From contig OX597814.1 in assembly GCA_951406725.2 (NCBI GenBank), positions 36,084,001-36,148,000 on the forward strand: DNA of 64,000 nucleotides. Reading direction: 5' to 3'. Both the position numbers and the translations under genes were made by a program. The notes beneath the pieces were generated by a model. The model saw only the letters and a list, made by a program, of their open reading frames with translations, was not told the DNA's origin and searched no databases. This DNA is from Octopus vulgaris. Taxonomy: Eukaryota. Positions 25,692-38,770 of the stretch are shown here, one piece after another; position 1 is the stretch's first letter, and every line of letters begins with the position of its first letter.

Positions 25692-26038
25692 ATGTATACC
25701 CACATATGTACACTTACGCACACACACACACATATCTTTAGTTAGAAACAAATGTAGAAAAAAAAACAGGGACGAATAACAGGTAAACAGATGTGTATAA
25801 CTACATTCAAATATATCGCACTTTTGAGACATTTTAATCACTGCAAATATTTATATATCCGGTGTCAGTGTGTTAGTGTATGTGTCCATGTGTGATATTT
25901 TTATGTGATGTGTATTGAGAACCATTAAACCATGGAATGGCACAAAGAGAAACAGATAGTTGGAATGGTGGCTATCTCATTAGTTAGCTTTATTGATAGA
26001 AGAGTAGATGACAGAAGGATATTAATGATATATATATG

Positions 26039-26087
<49 letters not shown>

Positions 26088-26162
26088 GTAAACACACATA
26101 TATATGTGTATGCATGTTTAAATATATGTATATAGCTATGTGTATGTATATATATATGTATT

Positions 26163-26257
<95 letters not shown>

Positions 26258-26264
26258 GTATATA

Positions 26265-26302
<38 letters not shown>

Positions 26303-26347
26303 TTTATATGTATATTGATATATATATATCTATGTTTGAAAAATATA

Positions 26348-26378
<31 letters not shown>

Positions 26379-26486
26379 GTACATACATACATATATGCAT
26401 GTATGTATATATACATATATATGAATATATATGTATGTACATACACACATATATGTATATACACACACACACATATATATCTGTAT

Positions 26487-26550
<64 letters not shown>

Positions 26551-27121
26551 GACTGACCATAGAAAATCAGGTACTAAGATTTAGGTAACTATTTTTAATG
26601 TAGAAATCATCAAACATATAGACTTGAATATACATTTATTCTGTTCAACTTATTTTTCGAATTTTGTTTTATTTTAGAATGATCCGAAATTCTTTGACAT
26701 CAATGAAATAATTTCACATTAGTAGATAGTCAGTTCCGTTATCATTGAGTTATTTTCATTGCTTCAGAACATCACATACATAATGATGAGGTTCAATATT
26801 TAGTCAAAGAAAACACTGGATTTTTTCATGATCAACTGGGTATCTAAAAGCAAAAAGCTAAAATATCAACATGCCCTGTGTGTGTATATGTGTGTGTGTT
26901 TGTGTGTGGGTGTGTGTACACATGCACACAAACACACATACACACACACATGCACACACTCATACAAACGCACATTTACATTACATACGCATGCAAATAT
27001 ATATGTATGAATACATATATGTATACATACATATACATATATATAAATGTATAAATATGTGTGAATGTGCATTTGTGTATGTATGTATATATGTATATAT
27101 ATATATATATCTATATGTATG

Positions 27122-27205
<84 letters not shown>
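23250..27205. repeat. ~4 kb microsatellite-dense tract: (TA)n, (CA)n, (CT)n, (TACA)n, (CTGC)n
   Basis: Directly visible; source of the YIYI/HTHT ORFs. Confidence 0.95.
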
Positions 27206-27208
<3 letters not shown>

Positions 27209-27571
27209 TTTTCAAGATCTTGTTGAAATCGTTGATGAAGGATCAAGGAAGGCAAAGATAGGAGAATTGCTTACATGTGTCCCACATTCAACATGCTAAT
27301 TATCTGGAACTACTGGAAAAATCTTTTCTGGTGTAATCTGGATGTCTTTACCTTCTCATATAGAGGCCTGTGGCACATATCTGCAACATGTACGCATACA
27401 TATGCACAAAGACACACCCAATATACATATATGCACACATACCCACAGAAAAAAAATCCTTATATCCAAAATCTGTGTGCCTTTTTTAGCCCATTGCCAC
27501 AGACCCTTTGAATAAACAATTTTTTATAACTCAAACAACTAACGAAAACCAAGCCACAACGATACCAAAAT

Positions 27572-27847
27572 CATTATTTACATTATTTACATTTGACAGA
27601 TGTTTGTCCTCATCTCGTTTGTCGTTATCACAACATTTCGGCTGATATACCCTCCAGCCTTCTTCAGGTATCTTGGGGAAATTTTGGACCTGGGTTCTCA
27701 TTCCTAAGGCATTTGTCAATGTTATTATTTTTATTTTTGGTATTATTATTCAGGACACTGCTTGAAATTGAACTCAGAATCTTGGGGTTAGTAGCCCATG
27801 CTCTTAACCCCAAGATTCCGTGTTTGATTCCAGGCAGTGACCTGAAT

Positions 27848-27906
<59 letters not shown>

Positions 27907-27912
27907 TAATAA

Positions 27913-27983
<71 letters not shown>

Positions 27984-28156
27984 TGAAAAAATACCTTAGG
28001 AATGAGAACCTAGGTTTCAAATTTCCCCAAGACACCCGATGAATGCTGGAGATTATATCAGCCAAAAAGTTGTTTTAACAACAAACGAGATGAGGACAAA
28101 TATCCATCAAATGTAAATAATGTACATAATTCCTCATCTCTTTGGTATAGACCTGT
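27572..28156. mobile_element. Head-to-head inverted pair of a tRNA-headed, hammerhead-bearing element
   Basis: Left arm 27572-27809 (-), right arm 27805-28156 (+), joined at shared TAACC; same family as 37849-38097. Confidence 0.85.
27629..27672 (-). ncRNA. Minimal type I hammerhead motif
   Basis: gatac CTGAAGA a ggctg gagggtatat cagcc GAAA tgtt gtg. Confidence 0.65.
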
Positions 28157-28813
28157 AGAACGAAAATCCTCTCCCACATTTACAGTATAACAAACTGCAT
28201 CCATCAGAGAGTTAACCTGGACAAGATGCCGTTTGGTTTTGAGCCAGGGAGAAGCATTATTGATGATATCTTCTTAGTAAGACAGAAGAAATATTCAGTG
28301 AAAAATAAACTGTTGTACTTGGCTTTTGTTAACATGAATAAAGCCTTTGACAGGGTCCCTCACTCCCTCTTCTGGTGATCAATGTGTAATCTAGTGATAG
28401 CTGAGTGGTTGGTTAGAACTGTCCAAGTTATGAACAGGAATGCTGTCTGTAAGGTAAAAGTTTGCAATGATTATAGCAATGAATTTAGCGTATGGGTAGG
28501 CATTCAGCATGGATTGGTTCTCACTACTCTCCTGTTTATCATAGTCCTCCAGGCCATAACAAAGCAATTAAGACTGACTGCTTCTGGGGAGAACTCTATA
28601 CTGATAGCATTTTGCTTATAGTAGAATTTGTAGAGTTAGCGAAGAAATTTCAGGTATGGAAGTAAAGACTGAAATTCAAGGGCTTCAAGTTAATTTCGCA
28701 AAGACCAAAGTACTTGTAAGCAGTAAAGCAGACAAATTACAAGTTCCTTCAGAGAAATGTTCCTGGTCAATAGGTGGTTAAAGGTGTAGGTTAAAACTTT
28801 TTACCTACACCTA

Positions 28814-29082
28814 TTGTGTCAATATGTGTCTATGTGTCTATATGTGTATGTGTCTATATGTCTATGTATCTATATGTGTATATGTGTCTATATGTCTATG
28901 TGTCTATATGTCTATGTTCTTATATGTCTATGTTCTTATATGTCTATGTATCTATATGTGTATATGTGTCTATGTGTCTATATGTCTATGTGTCTATATG
29001 TTTATGTGTCTATATGTCTATATGTCTATATGTCTATGTGTCTATATGTGTCTATATATGTCTATGTGTCTATGGGTCTATA
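28814..29082. repeat. (TATGTC/TGTCTATA)n simple repeat
   Basis: Directly visible inside the RTE copy. Confidence 0.9.
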
Positions 29083-29470
29083 GCTTGCACAACCTAGTGG
29101 TACAAGCTATAGACACATAAGAGGTGCAGTGGAATCACAAGAAGGTTAATCTGTGTGACATGTGCAAGTACAGTAAAAACTAAGAATGTACAGGAAATAG
29201 ATTTCCTCAAATATTTAGGTGAATCTTTAGAGGTAGAGGATAGTTTTTACTATTTAGGTGATCAAATGAGAAGTGAAAAAGGTTGCTCTGGAAATGTAGT
29301 TGCTAGACTAAAATTTGGCAAAGCAAAATTTAAGAGAACTATTAATTTTGTTTGTAATGAAAGACCTTTCATTCAGAGTGAAAGGAAGATTGTATGATGC
29401 CTGTCTATAGACAACTTTGCTACATGGCAGTGACTGCATGCTCCACTAGATGTGCAATGTCAGTGCACAT

Positions 29471-29915
29471 TGAAACTCCAATGTCTGGTAGCTGACTTGG
29501 CGGATACCCATAAAATTATTAACCATCTTACACACAATAACTCTGAGCACCTTTTCAAACTCCACCTGTCTAACACCCGTAGACATGTTTACAAAGTCAG
29601 AAAACAGCACAGCTCCCATGACTTTCGGAAACACTTTTTCACGCTAAGAGTTGCTAAAGTATGGAACAAACTGCCGGCATCAGTTGTTAGTTGTTGGAGC
29701 ACTGCGTCCTTCAAAACTGCTACGCTTCCTGAGATTCACCAACACTGCACCTGATTTTCACCCCTCCATGCACATGCAAGCATGTATCTGACTCATACAC
29801 TGTTCACTTTCCAGACATTTGTACATTGCTGCATATGCTTTATATGCACTTTTGACAAGTTGTGGTGCACCTCAGCGCTATATACAATAATTTCGTTATT
29901 ACTATCATTATTATA
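29471..29915 (+). mobile_element. CR1-like LINE 3' end nested in the RTE
   Basis: DLADTHKII...NTRRHVYKV...RKHFFTLRVAKVWNKLPASVV...SFK; (TTA)n tail; RTE frame resumes after it. Confidence 0.85.
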
Positions 29916-30769
29916 TACAGCAAAGTGTGAATGTTGCGAGAGAAAAACTGTGTATGAGGCATCAGGTGCATTTTCCAAGAGAGAAGACTGTGTTGGTATG
30001 GTCATGTGATGCGCACAAATGAGGACAACTGCATAAAGAAGTGCCAGTCTCTAAATGTGGAAGCAGAAGATACAGGAAGACATGGGATGAAGTGGTGAGA
30101 AAGGATCTTCAGATGCTGAGCCTCACATAAGAGATGACAAAGGATTGAGGCAATTGGTAATTTGCTGAGCATCAGTAGACTCATCTAAATAAACTCCAGA
30201 ACATAAAGGTGTGTCCTTTACACCTATGCCTCCAGTCACCTCCCCACTTTTGCCACCCATGCTCACTACCAACAGTAATCCCTTCCATTCACCCTCTTGT
30301 ACCTACATGCACACAATATGTCATTGTCTAATCCCTCCCCGCAATATATCTTCCTAATACCTTCTCCCTCTACCTGTGCTCACTCATTACACCCCACCTA
30401 CCAGTTCCCATTCTCCTTTCACTATCATGTGAACTCACCCATCCATTATCGTCTCCAATCCAGTCTACTTCACTATATACACCACCCTGTAACTTGGGTG
30501 TGTCCCCCTGTCACCTCCTCATCACATATGAATGGGGTTGTCACTACAACAAACTAAATTATCCAATATCTGAATTAAATTTTACTCCACTAAATACTGT
30601 AAATCCTTTTATTCTCAGTATTGTGTGTATTTGTTACACAAATCTGATGCATATATTTATAGATATCTGAACTTTCCTGAGTCTGACAAACCATCATTCC
30701 TGTCTCTGGTGTACTGAAAATGGGTTCCTTCAACAGAACCTTAGCTAATGGTGCTTCTGCTGTTGATAT

Positions 30770-31400
30770 GATCAGGTGTTCAAGGTAGTAGTGGAGGTGA
30801 TAACAATACCAGTTCAAGAAGGAGGCCATTACTTTTTTCAAAGTCGAAGAGAGGCCCTGCTCACTGAATTATTAACACCTGTGCCTACTTTCCTCAGACT
30901 TGCTGTTAAGAGTGGATCTCATCAAACAATCAAAATTCCCAGAGTTTATTATACCAGCAACACTCCATCAAGATAAGGTTATCTTCTCAAATGCCAAACA
31001 GATGATCCTATTGAACCTGACAGTGCCCTGGGAGGAACACATGGAGAAAACTCATATGAGAAAGTTTGCCAGATACCCAGAACTGGTGAAGTAGCACAGA
31101 TGCCAAAACTAGAAGGCCTATCATGAGCTATTTGAAGCAGGCTACTGGCATTATGTGGGACATTTCTTTACAAAGCTCAGACAGGTTTTGGAGTTACTGG
31201 TACAGCAAAGAGGATTGCCATACATTTCTCTACTGAAATTGCAGAAATGGTCTCTAGATGACTTTGAATAAGAACAGACCAGTGGTTTGCTGTGGTTGGG
31301 ACTTGATCAAGAAAGGTTAACTGAGTAAGGAGGTCCGGTGTCAAAAGACCTGCTAAGACACTAGAAACATCACTGTTGATGTATCTCAGGGCATGTGTGA
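30770..31400 (+). mobile_element. Hero-like non-LTR retrotransposon, restriction-like endonuclease C-terminus
   Basis: LRVDLIKQSKFPEFI..TLHQDKVIFSNAKQMILLNLTVPWEEHME..RKFARYPELV resembles LRPD...ELTVPWE; clade name from recall. Confidence 0.75.
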
Positions 31401-33146
31401 GATGCATCTTGGAACAAACTGATGTGATAGGAAAAAAAGTTTCAAGCAAATCACATGTGGCAAATTTATTGATTATAACTGGTAACAAACGACTGCATGA
31501 TATAAAAATAAAACACAAGTGCAGGGATGAAATAATGAGAAAGCTACTCTGTGGTCACTCAACCTACTAAAAAGAGTGGTAAAAATCACCTTCGGGTCAT
31601 TCTATAATTTCTTAAAAATGCAAATATTATTCATTGTGTTTATTATATGAATATAATGTATAATATACTTCAAGGTATATTGTGTCTGGAAAATGATTGG
31701 ATGGTCACTACTGGGGTACTATTGATGAAGGGTTTGCTTGATCAGAACTACTCTGATACTCAACATCACAAGTGATGATGGTAATGACGAAAAGGAAAGT
31801 GATAAGATTTTGAGCTGAGCCTTATATATTTGAAATTCTATTTTCCACTTTTTAAAACTCCAAGCATATTTTCAATGGAAAATGATTTTAGGTGATTCAT
31901 TCATCCTCTCTCTACTACCAGATATATTATCAAGTATTCCATTAAATGTTTCAGACAACCAATCCATCCAAAAAGATCAAATCAGATATTTACTTTTTAT
32001 GTTTAGAGCAATTAGTTCTATTGACTTAAATTTGACACTTATTGTAACAAGCACATCTATGAATACCCATGAAAAAAATTGCAACCGCAACTTTCGACTT
32101 TGTTAACCAATGTCACATTTAAAAAAAAGTTTATGTAGCTGCTATGGCTCTTAAATCAGAGATACATTCAACCTTGATCATCTTAGAACCAGGTGGTGCA
32201 GGCAGGTAACTTAGAGATAATAACATTCCAGTTTAACATTGTTGGCAGTGTGAGCTAAAAAGGTATTTTAAAGTCAGAATGATGAAGTAAACAATATATA
32301 AAATCTACAAACTGCACTCTATGAGGATAAAAGGACTGGACCTTTTACAAAGTAGGCAGAAATATAACTGTGATTATGAAGTTATTTTTTTCAACTGCAT
32401 GGCTTTTTGTTCCATGACACCTTTTTGTGCATGGCACCTTGACAAAATGTACACTGCTATAGCTTTATGTGAACCAGTGCCTCATGATGGAATTTAGTGG
32501 ACAGAAAATTTAAGTATTTCCAGTTATGGATATATCATATACAACACACACACACACACACACACATGCATAAACTCACACATGTGTATGTATGATTATG
32601 TGTACATGTATGCATCCATATATTTGTGTGTATGGATGTGTGTCTATGTGGATGTCTAAAAGGACAACACTGGGCTATGGATACTAATGATGTTGTCACT
32701 GATTGGGTAGTAACATGACATTTCCTATGAATGAATGATGTGCCAGCTTAGTGCTTTCTAATTTTTCTGAAATATATTTTTAAAAAATCAAATTTTTATA
32801 AAACAGGCAAGTTTGATGATATGTAAAGCATCTAGCTATAAAAATCCTGCCTCGATTTTCTCCCATTGGAACCGAGCTAGCAAAGTGGTATGAGGAATAA
32901 ATGTTTAAACAAACTGTAGAAATGAATGAACGAATTATATATCTTGAACATTATCATTAAATCTACAATACAAAACAGACCTCATAGCTTTTGATTCAAT
33001 CATTCTAATTACTTTGAATTACTTATAAAATAGAATAACTAGCAAAATATAGCATTGTTTAAGGAGTTATAGACTCTTAACAATTCTGTATATTCTCATA
33101 GACTCTTACATAAAACAATGGATTAGATTCTGTATTGGTCACTTAC

Positions 33147-33178
33147 TGTTCTTGTTTACCCAACATTCATTAGATCCT
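33147..33178 (-). other. Candidate 32-nt exon
   Basis: tttgaatttttag|AGGATC...AACA|gtaagtg; one open frame GSNECWVNKN; lies in repeat-free DNA. Confidence 0.25.
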
Positions 33179-35137
33179 CTAAAAATTCAAACTTTAATAG
33201 CTATAACATCCTATTAATTAGCAGGCATTTTCCATTCTTTCACATGTTTTACATGTGATCAGCAATCCAATTATTCAGTTAATAAAAGTCTTCTCTTTAA
33301 TAATAGCTGATCATTTTAACTCAAAGAACAACAATATTGAAAATTATAAATCAAAGAAAGATATTACTCTTTTGACATTATATTGACAATTTTAGAATGA
33401 TCAGGTTTGGGTTATTTTTGTTTAACTATCTAACTTTATATAGGAGAACAATAACACTTGAAATATCATTTCAATTTTTAAAATGTAAAATATATATATA
33501 TATATAGATACACACATATATAAAACAATTGAGAGAGATATTAAATCCTTTAATGTGGCAAAACTTCATTATAATTGTGAAATTAAAACACTTAATTACC
33601 AAATCTGATAGAAATTACCATTTCATGATAACATTTGCAGAACATATTAATAGAGACAATTGAAAGTACAGTGTGCTCACACGTGGATATGTATATAAAT
33701 ACCTTTCCATTCAACATTGTAAGTATGGTTCTGATTAATTAATTCAGTCATCCATTAACATATTATGCTTCAATGAACATCATCTTATACTGGAAGCTAC
33801 AATTTTAATTCTTATAAATTAGGTAGCAGCTAGATTATATCGCATTGGTTCGTTTTTGTTTTGATTTACTCACAATAAAATATCACATCAATTTAGGTCT
33901 AAAAGCGATTTCTAAATACAACTAGTTCTGCTTCATTTATATTGACACTGAATTCTTTTGAATGAAAACATTTTGCAATAACACCACATGATGCAATTCA
34001 ATCAATAATGAACTGCTCCATTTTACACTTTACAATTGTAAGCTTACAGGATATGAAAACTGACCTAATGACCTTGCAAGAAAATGTATTGGGGAAAAAT
34101 CAAAAGAACAGAAATGAATTTATATGTTATAAGAATGAGAAACTGCTGTGATATTAAGCAGATGAAGAAAATGTTATAAATTGCTCTAATATGAACATAT
34201 TTTCAGTTGAAATCTAATTGAGATTAAATGAAAGTCAGATAAAATTTAATACTGAACATCTTATAAGAAAAATGACAGAAAGGGGGTAGTTACAATATTA
34301 TTAGTCTTTTTTTTATTTTATTCATTTACATATTTATTAATTATTTTATACCTTAATGGTCCATTTAAAATAATTCTAATTAAAAACTGTGCAACAACCT
34401 CTATTGACATTTTAAGCTGTAAATATTAGATTTGACAAATGCTGCTGCAAATGGAAAAAGAAAAAATGCAACATTTGAAACAGAAAATGGGTGGACTTTA
34501 GAGAAAATTGAAACTGTATTAGATTTTCTATGCAGTTTAAATAGTCTAGCTGTTGAGGTAGCTGGAAAGATCTCTACAGGAACAGTAATATTTCTTAGAG
34601 AAGAATAATCGATTATAAAACAATAGTTAAATTATAGGATGCTTTAAAAGGAAAATAGAGGGTAACAGCTACCTGTGATACAGTAGTGACTGGTTAACAA
34701 GTTTGAACAGCTCCATACTAATGAATGACAACAGCAGTTTGGAAAATATGTAGTGAAAGAATAAACTGAAAACATTTTGTCAAAATATTTTCTCAATACA
34801 AGAGCCACTTGGCGTTAGGAAGGAGATCTTGTCATAGAAATCATGTCAAAAGCAGATACTGGACCACAATGCTGTCTTTGGGTTCATCAGATCCTGTCAA
34901 ACTGTCCAACCCATATCAGCAAGGGAAATGGATGTTAAATGATGATGACAGGAGATGAGGATATTTAATTTTCTCAACTTCCGTGACACTTTCCAAAGTT
35001 AACATTGTTTTGAATCCCTTGATTGTGTATGCTGTGAAGCTGGCAAGAGTTATCTTGAAGCGGGGAAAGTGTGTATTATTAATGTGGTGCTGCTGTGGTG
35101 AGTGAGGTGTGTGGTATGTGCAGCAGTATCTGTTTTC

Positions 35138-35445
35138 TGGCTCAGTGGTTAGAGCGTCGAGCTTACAATCATGAAGTTGTGAGTTTGAGTCCTGGACCGG
35201 GCTGCATGTCGTGTTCTTGAGCAAGACACTTTATTTCACGTTGCTCCAGTTCACTCAGCTGTAGAAATGAGTTGCAACGTAGCAGGTGCCAAGCTGTATT
35301 GGCCCCTTTGCCTTTCCCTTGGATAACACTGGTGGCATGGAGAGGGGAGGCCGGTATGCATGGACGACTGCTGCTCTTCCATAAACAACCTTGCCCAGAT
35401 TTGTGCCTGGGAGGGTAACTTTCTAGGTGCAATACCACGGTCAGT
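35138..35445 (+). mobile_element. SINE family A
   Basis: Homologous to 22167-22491. Confidence 0.9.
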
Positions 35446-35548
35446 ACATATATATATATATATATAGATGAGTGTATTTTATGACCATGGATAAATAAAT
35501 GAATAGTTACCAGGGGCAAAAATTTTGAGTCTCACCTGCGTTAACTCC

Positions 35549-35599
<51 letters not shown>

Positions 35600-36046
35600 A
35601 CAGGCTTCTTTCAGTTTGTGGTTACGAAACCCATACACAAGGTTTTGGTCAGCCTGAGGCTGTAATAGAAGACACTTCACCAAAGTGCCATACAGTGGGA
35701 CTGAACCTGGAACCATGTTGTTGGGGAGCTAATTTCTTACCACACAGCCATGATAAGTGGATGCTTTGCAAATTTTATGCAGGTTTGAAGGGAAAGATAT
35801 ATATGAAATGTGTTCTTTCCCAACTGTCAAATTCTTTACATGATTTCTATGAACTTTTGTTCATCATGCTATAAAATTACAGTGCCAAAAACTCATGAAT
35901 ATACTTGACCTCACATAATCTTCATTACCTATAATCATCAATCTCAATTATCCTTGTCATGCCTCTTTAGTTACAGCTAGTGATGCTGCTGGTGTTGGTG
36001 ATGATGATAATGGAAAGGATAGTGATGATGATGATGATGATGATCT

Positions 36047-36077
<31 letters not shown>

Positions 36078-36637
36078 CTCTGACCTACTGACCTTTAGGT
36101 TATGAAATTTAATGCATTCATTCATAAACATACATTGTTATTACTGCTAGTAACACCACCTCCCCTCCTTCCTTACCTCCTCCTCCTCCTCCTCTTGTCT
36201 CCATCGTCACCACTGCTACCACCACCACCACTACATTTGACACCCCACTCATCATCGTCATCATCATAATCACCCCCCCACCATCATCATCATAACCATC
36301 ATCATCATCATCGTCATCATCATCATCATCATCATCATCATCGTCATCATTGTCATCTTTTTGCTGACCAAGTGGTAAGTTCAAACTAATGATTATGTGG
36401 TGATGAGATCAATATTGGGACTCTTGGTTTTATTTCCCAGGTGTATCTGCACAACCCAACTCACAGTCATACGTAGCTATGCTTGCTATAGTTTTCCTGA
36501 CTAGTAAAATAGATTTTTAACCCTAAAACTTCGAGGCTGAGAAGTTAGAAACAATAAGAGGCTATTGCAATGAGACAAATTGCCACAACACATACACAAA
36601 AAAAAAACATCTATTAGATTATGAAAAATCTTTGTAG

Positions 36638-36668
<31 letters not shown>

Positions 36669-37182
36669 ATCATTGTTTAATGTCTGCTTTCCATGTTAGC
36701 ATGGGTTGGACGATTTGACTGAGGGCTGGTGAACCAGTTGGTTGCACCAGGCTCCAATCTTGATCTGGCAGAGTTTCTACAGCTGGATGCCCTTCCTAAC
36801 GCCAACCACTCTGAGAGTGTAGTGGGTGCTTTTACATGCCACCGGCATGGGGGCCAGTCAGGCGGTACTGGCAACGACCTCGCTCGAATGTTTTTTTCAC
36901 GTGCCACCGGCACAAGTGCCAGTAAGGTGACACTGGTAATGATCATGCTCGTATGGTGCCTTTTACATCCTAGAGGCACGGAAGCCAATTAGCCGCTCTG
37001 GTAACGATCACACTTGGATGGTGCTCTTAGCACTCCACTAGCATGGGGCACAAGTGCCAGTAAGGTGACGCTGGTAATGATCACACTTGAATGGTGCCTA
37101 TTACGTGCCACTAGCACGGAAGCCAGTTAGCCGCTCTGTCACCGATCACGCTTGTAAGGTGCTCTTTGTGCCCCGCTAGCAC
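36638..37182 (-). mobile_element. RTE LINE 3' UTR with tandem subrepeats
   Basis: Reverse complement of the 14935-15365-type UTR; (CAT)n tail at left. Confidence 0.85.
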
Positions 37183-37790
37183 AATAGTTCGTAAAAATAA
37201 AAGCAAAACGTCAAAAGGTAAAAATATATCTCTGATTGCTACTGACATCATCATCATCATCAGCAGCAGCAGCAGCAGCATAATGATCTGGTGTTGTTGC
37301 CACTGCTCCATCTCCCCACTACATCTCCTACTACAACAATGACCACTACTATCACTGTCAATACAAACCAACCAAAACAAAAACAACAAAAAAAAAAAGA
37401 ATACTTAGTTCATCACTGCAAAATTAAACTAACAAAAACCCTCTTTCAAGTTAACAAGAGAGCTTTTAAACAGTCACTCGACCTGTTAAAAGTATGAAGT
37501 AAATCTCCCTTAGATCTCACACTACTTTCTTAAACATGGACACAGAGGGTAATGTAGTCTCAGGTGGTGCACATTACTTGAAAATGATAAAATGGTCATG
37601 ACTTGATTGTTATATACAATATTTCTGACCTGGGGATTAAACAACAACAACAAAAACAACAACAACAACAAGAAACACTTCATCATTTGAAAGTACTGCT
37701 GTTGTTGTTTTTGTTTTGCTCCAAGTCAGCTCTGATTCAAAAACATTTAAAGTGTGACCATCATATCAGCTTTTGATATGATGGTCACAC

Positions 37791-38102
37791 AGTTCTATAT
37801 TTAAGAGATGAGGAATCATGTACATTATTTACATTATTTACATTCGACTGGCATATGGCGTAGTGGTTAAGGGCACAGGCTACTAGCCCTAAGATTCCGA
37901 GCTTGATTCCAAGCAGTGACCTGAACAATAATAATAATAATAACAACATCGAAAAATACCCTAGGAATGAGAACCCAGGTTCGAAATTTCCCCAAGACAC
38001 CTGATAAAGGTTGGAGAATATATCAGCTGAAACGTTGTGTAAACAATAAAGAAGATGAGGACAAATATCCGTCGAATGTAAATAATGTAAATAATGAAAA
38101 TA
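37791..38102 (+). mobile_element. tRNA-headed hammerhead element, full length (37849-38097), preceded by an inverted copy of its own 3' end
   Basis: A box TGGCGTAGTGG; degenerate B box GAGCTTGATTCC; 13-bp TSD atgatggtcacac at 37778-37790 and 38103-38115. Confidence 0.85.
37996..38040 (+). ncRNA. Minimal type I hammerhead motif (mutated copy)
   Basis: gacac CTGATAA a ggttg...cagct GAAA cgtt gtgt; G8 is mutated in this copy. Confidence 0.6.
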
Positions 38103-38502
38103 ATGATGGTCACACTATTATGTTTCTTGAAATCATCTGTTTTGTAAAACAGAATCTTATTTGAGAGTGATTTGGTTGCTATTCCTTAACTGCAAGAGTA
38201 GGTACAGAGAGGTTTTCTTTGTTTTGGGGTTGGCAGTGTTATTGCTGCAATGGTTCGAGTGAGTTGTTCTCTTCTCTGGTATGAAATACTGCTAGGAAAA
38301 TTTGTGAGTCACATGTCTTATTCATAATCCTGGTGCTATATTGTTGGCAAGACAACTATAGTTAATGTTTGGTATGTAGCCCACTATCCTTTTAACTTGG
38401 CTATTCACAATGCTCAGCACAAGATGAAATAAACTGGATATTCATGCCATTTTAAGTATGTCTAATATTCTTCACATTATTCCTAAAGCTGGGTTTCTTA
38501 TG

Positions 38503-38770
38503 ACATCATCATCATCATCATCATCATCGTCATCATCATCACCACCACCACCACCATCATCACCATCATCACCATCATCTTTTAACGTCTGCTTTCCATG
38601 CTGGCATGGGTTGGACAGTTTGACTGAGGACTGGCAAGCCAGGTGGCTGCACCAGGTTCCAATCTGATCTGGCAATGTTTCTACAGCTAACACCAACTAC
38701 TCCAAGAGTGTAGTGAGTACTTTTTATGTTCCACTGGCATGGGGGTTAATCAGGTGGCATTGGTATCGAT
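38503..38770 (-). mobile_element. RTE 3' UTR end with expanded (CAT/CAC)n tail
   Basis: tttaacgtctgctttccatgctggcatgggttggac. Confidence 0.8.

Larger units (their letters stand above)
28200..30180 (+). mobile_element. Decayed RTE LINE including RT domain, interrupted by a simple repeat and a CR1-like insertion
   Basis: FGFEPGRS..IFLVRQ, LAFVNMNKAFDRVP, GIQHGLVLTTLLF, LEVEDSFYYLGDQ, WYGHVMR. Confidence 0.9.

Noticed and set aside
20742-27261. Dozens of 60-177 aa ORFs rich in YI, HT, CV
   Set aside because: Translations of (TA)n, (CA)n and (TG)n microsatellites, which lack stop codons
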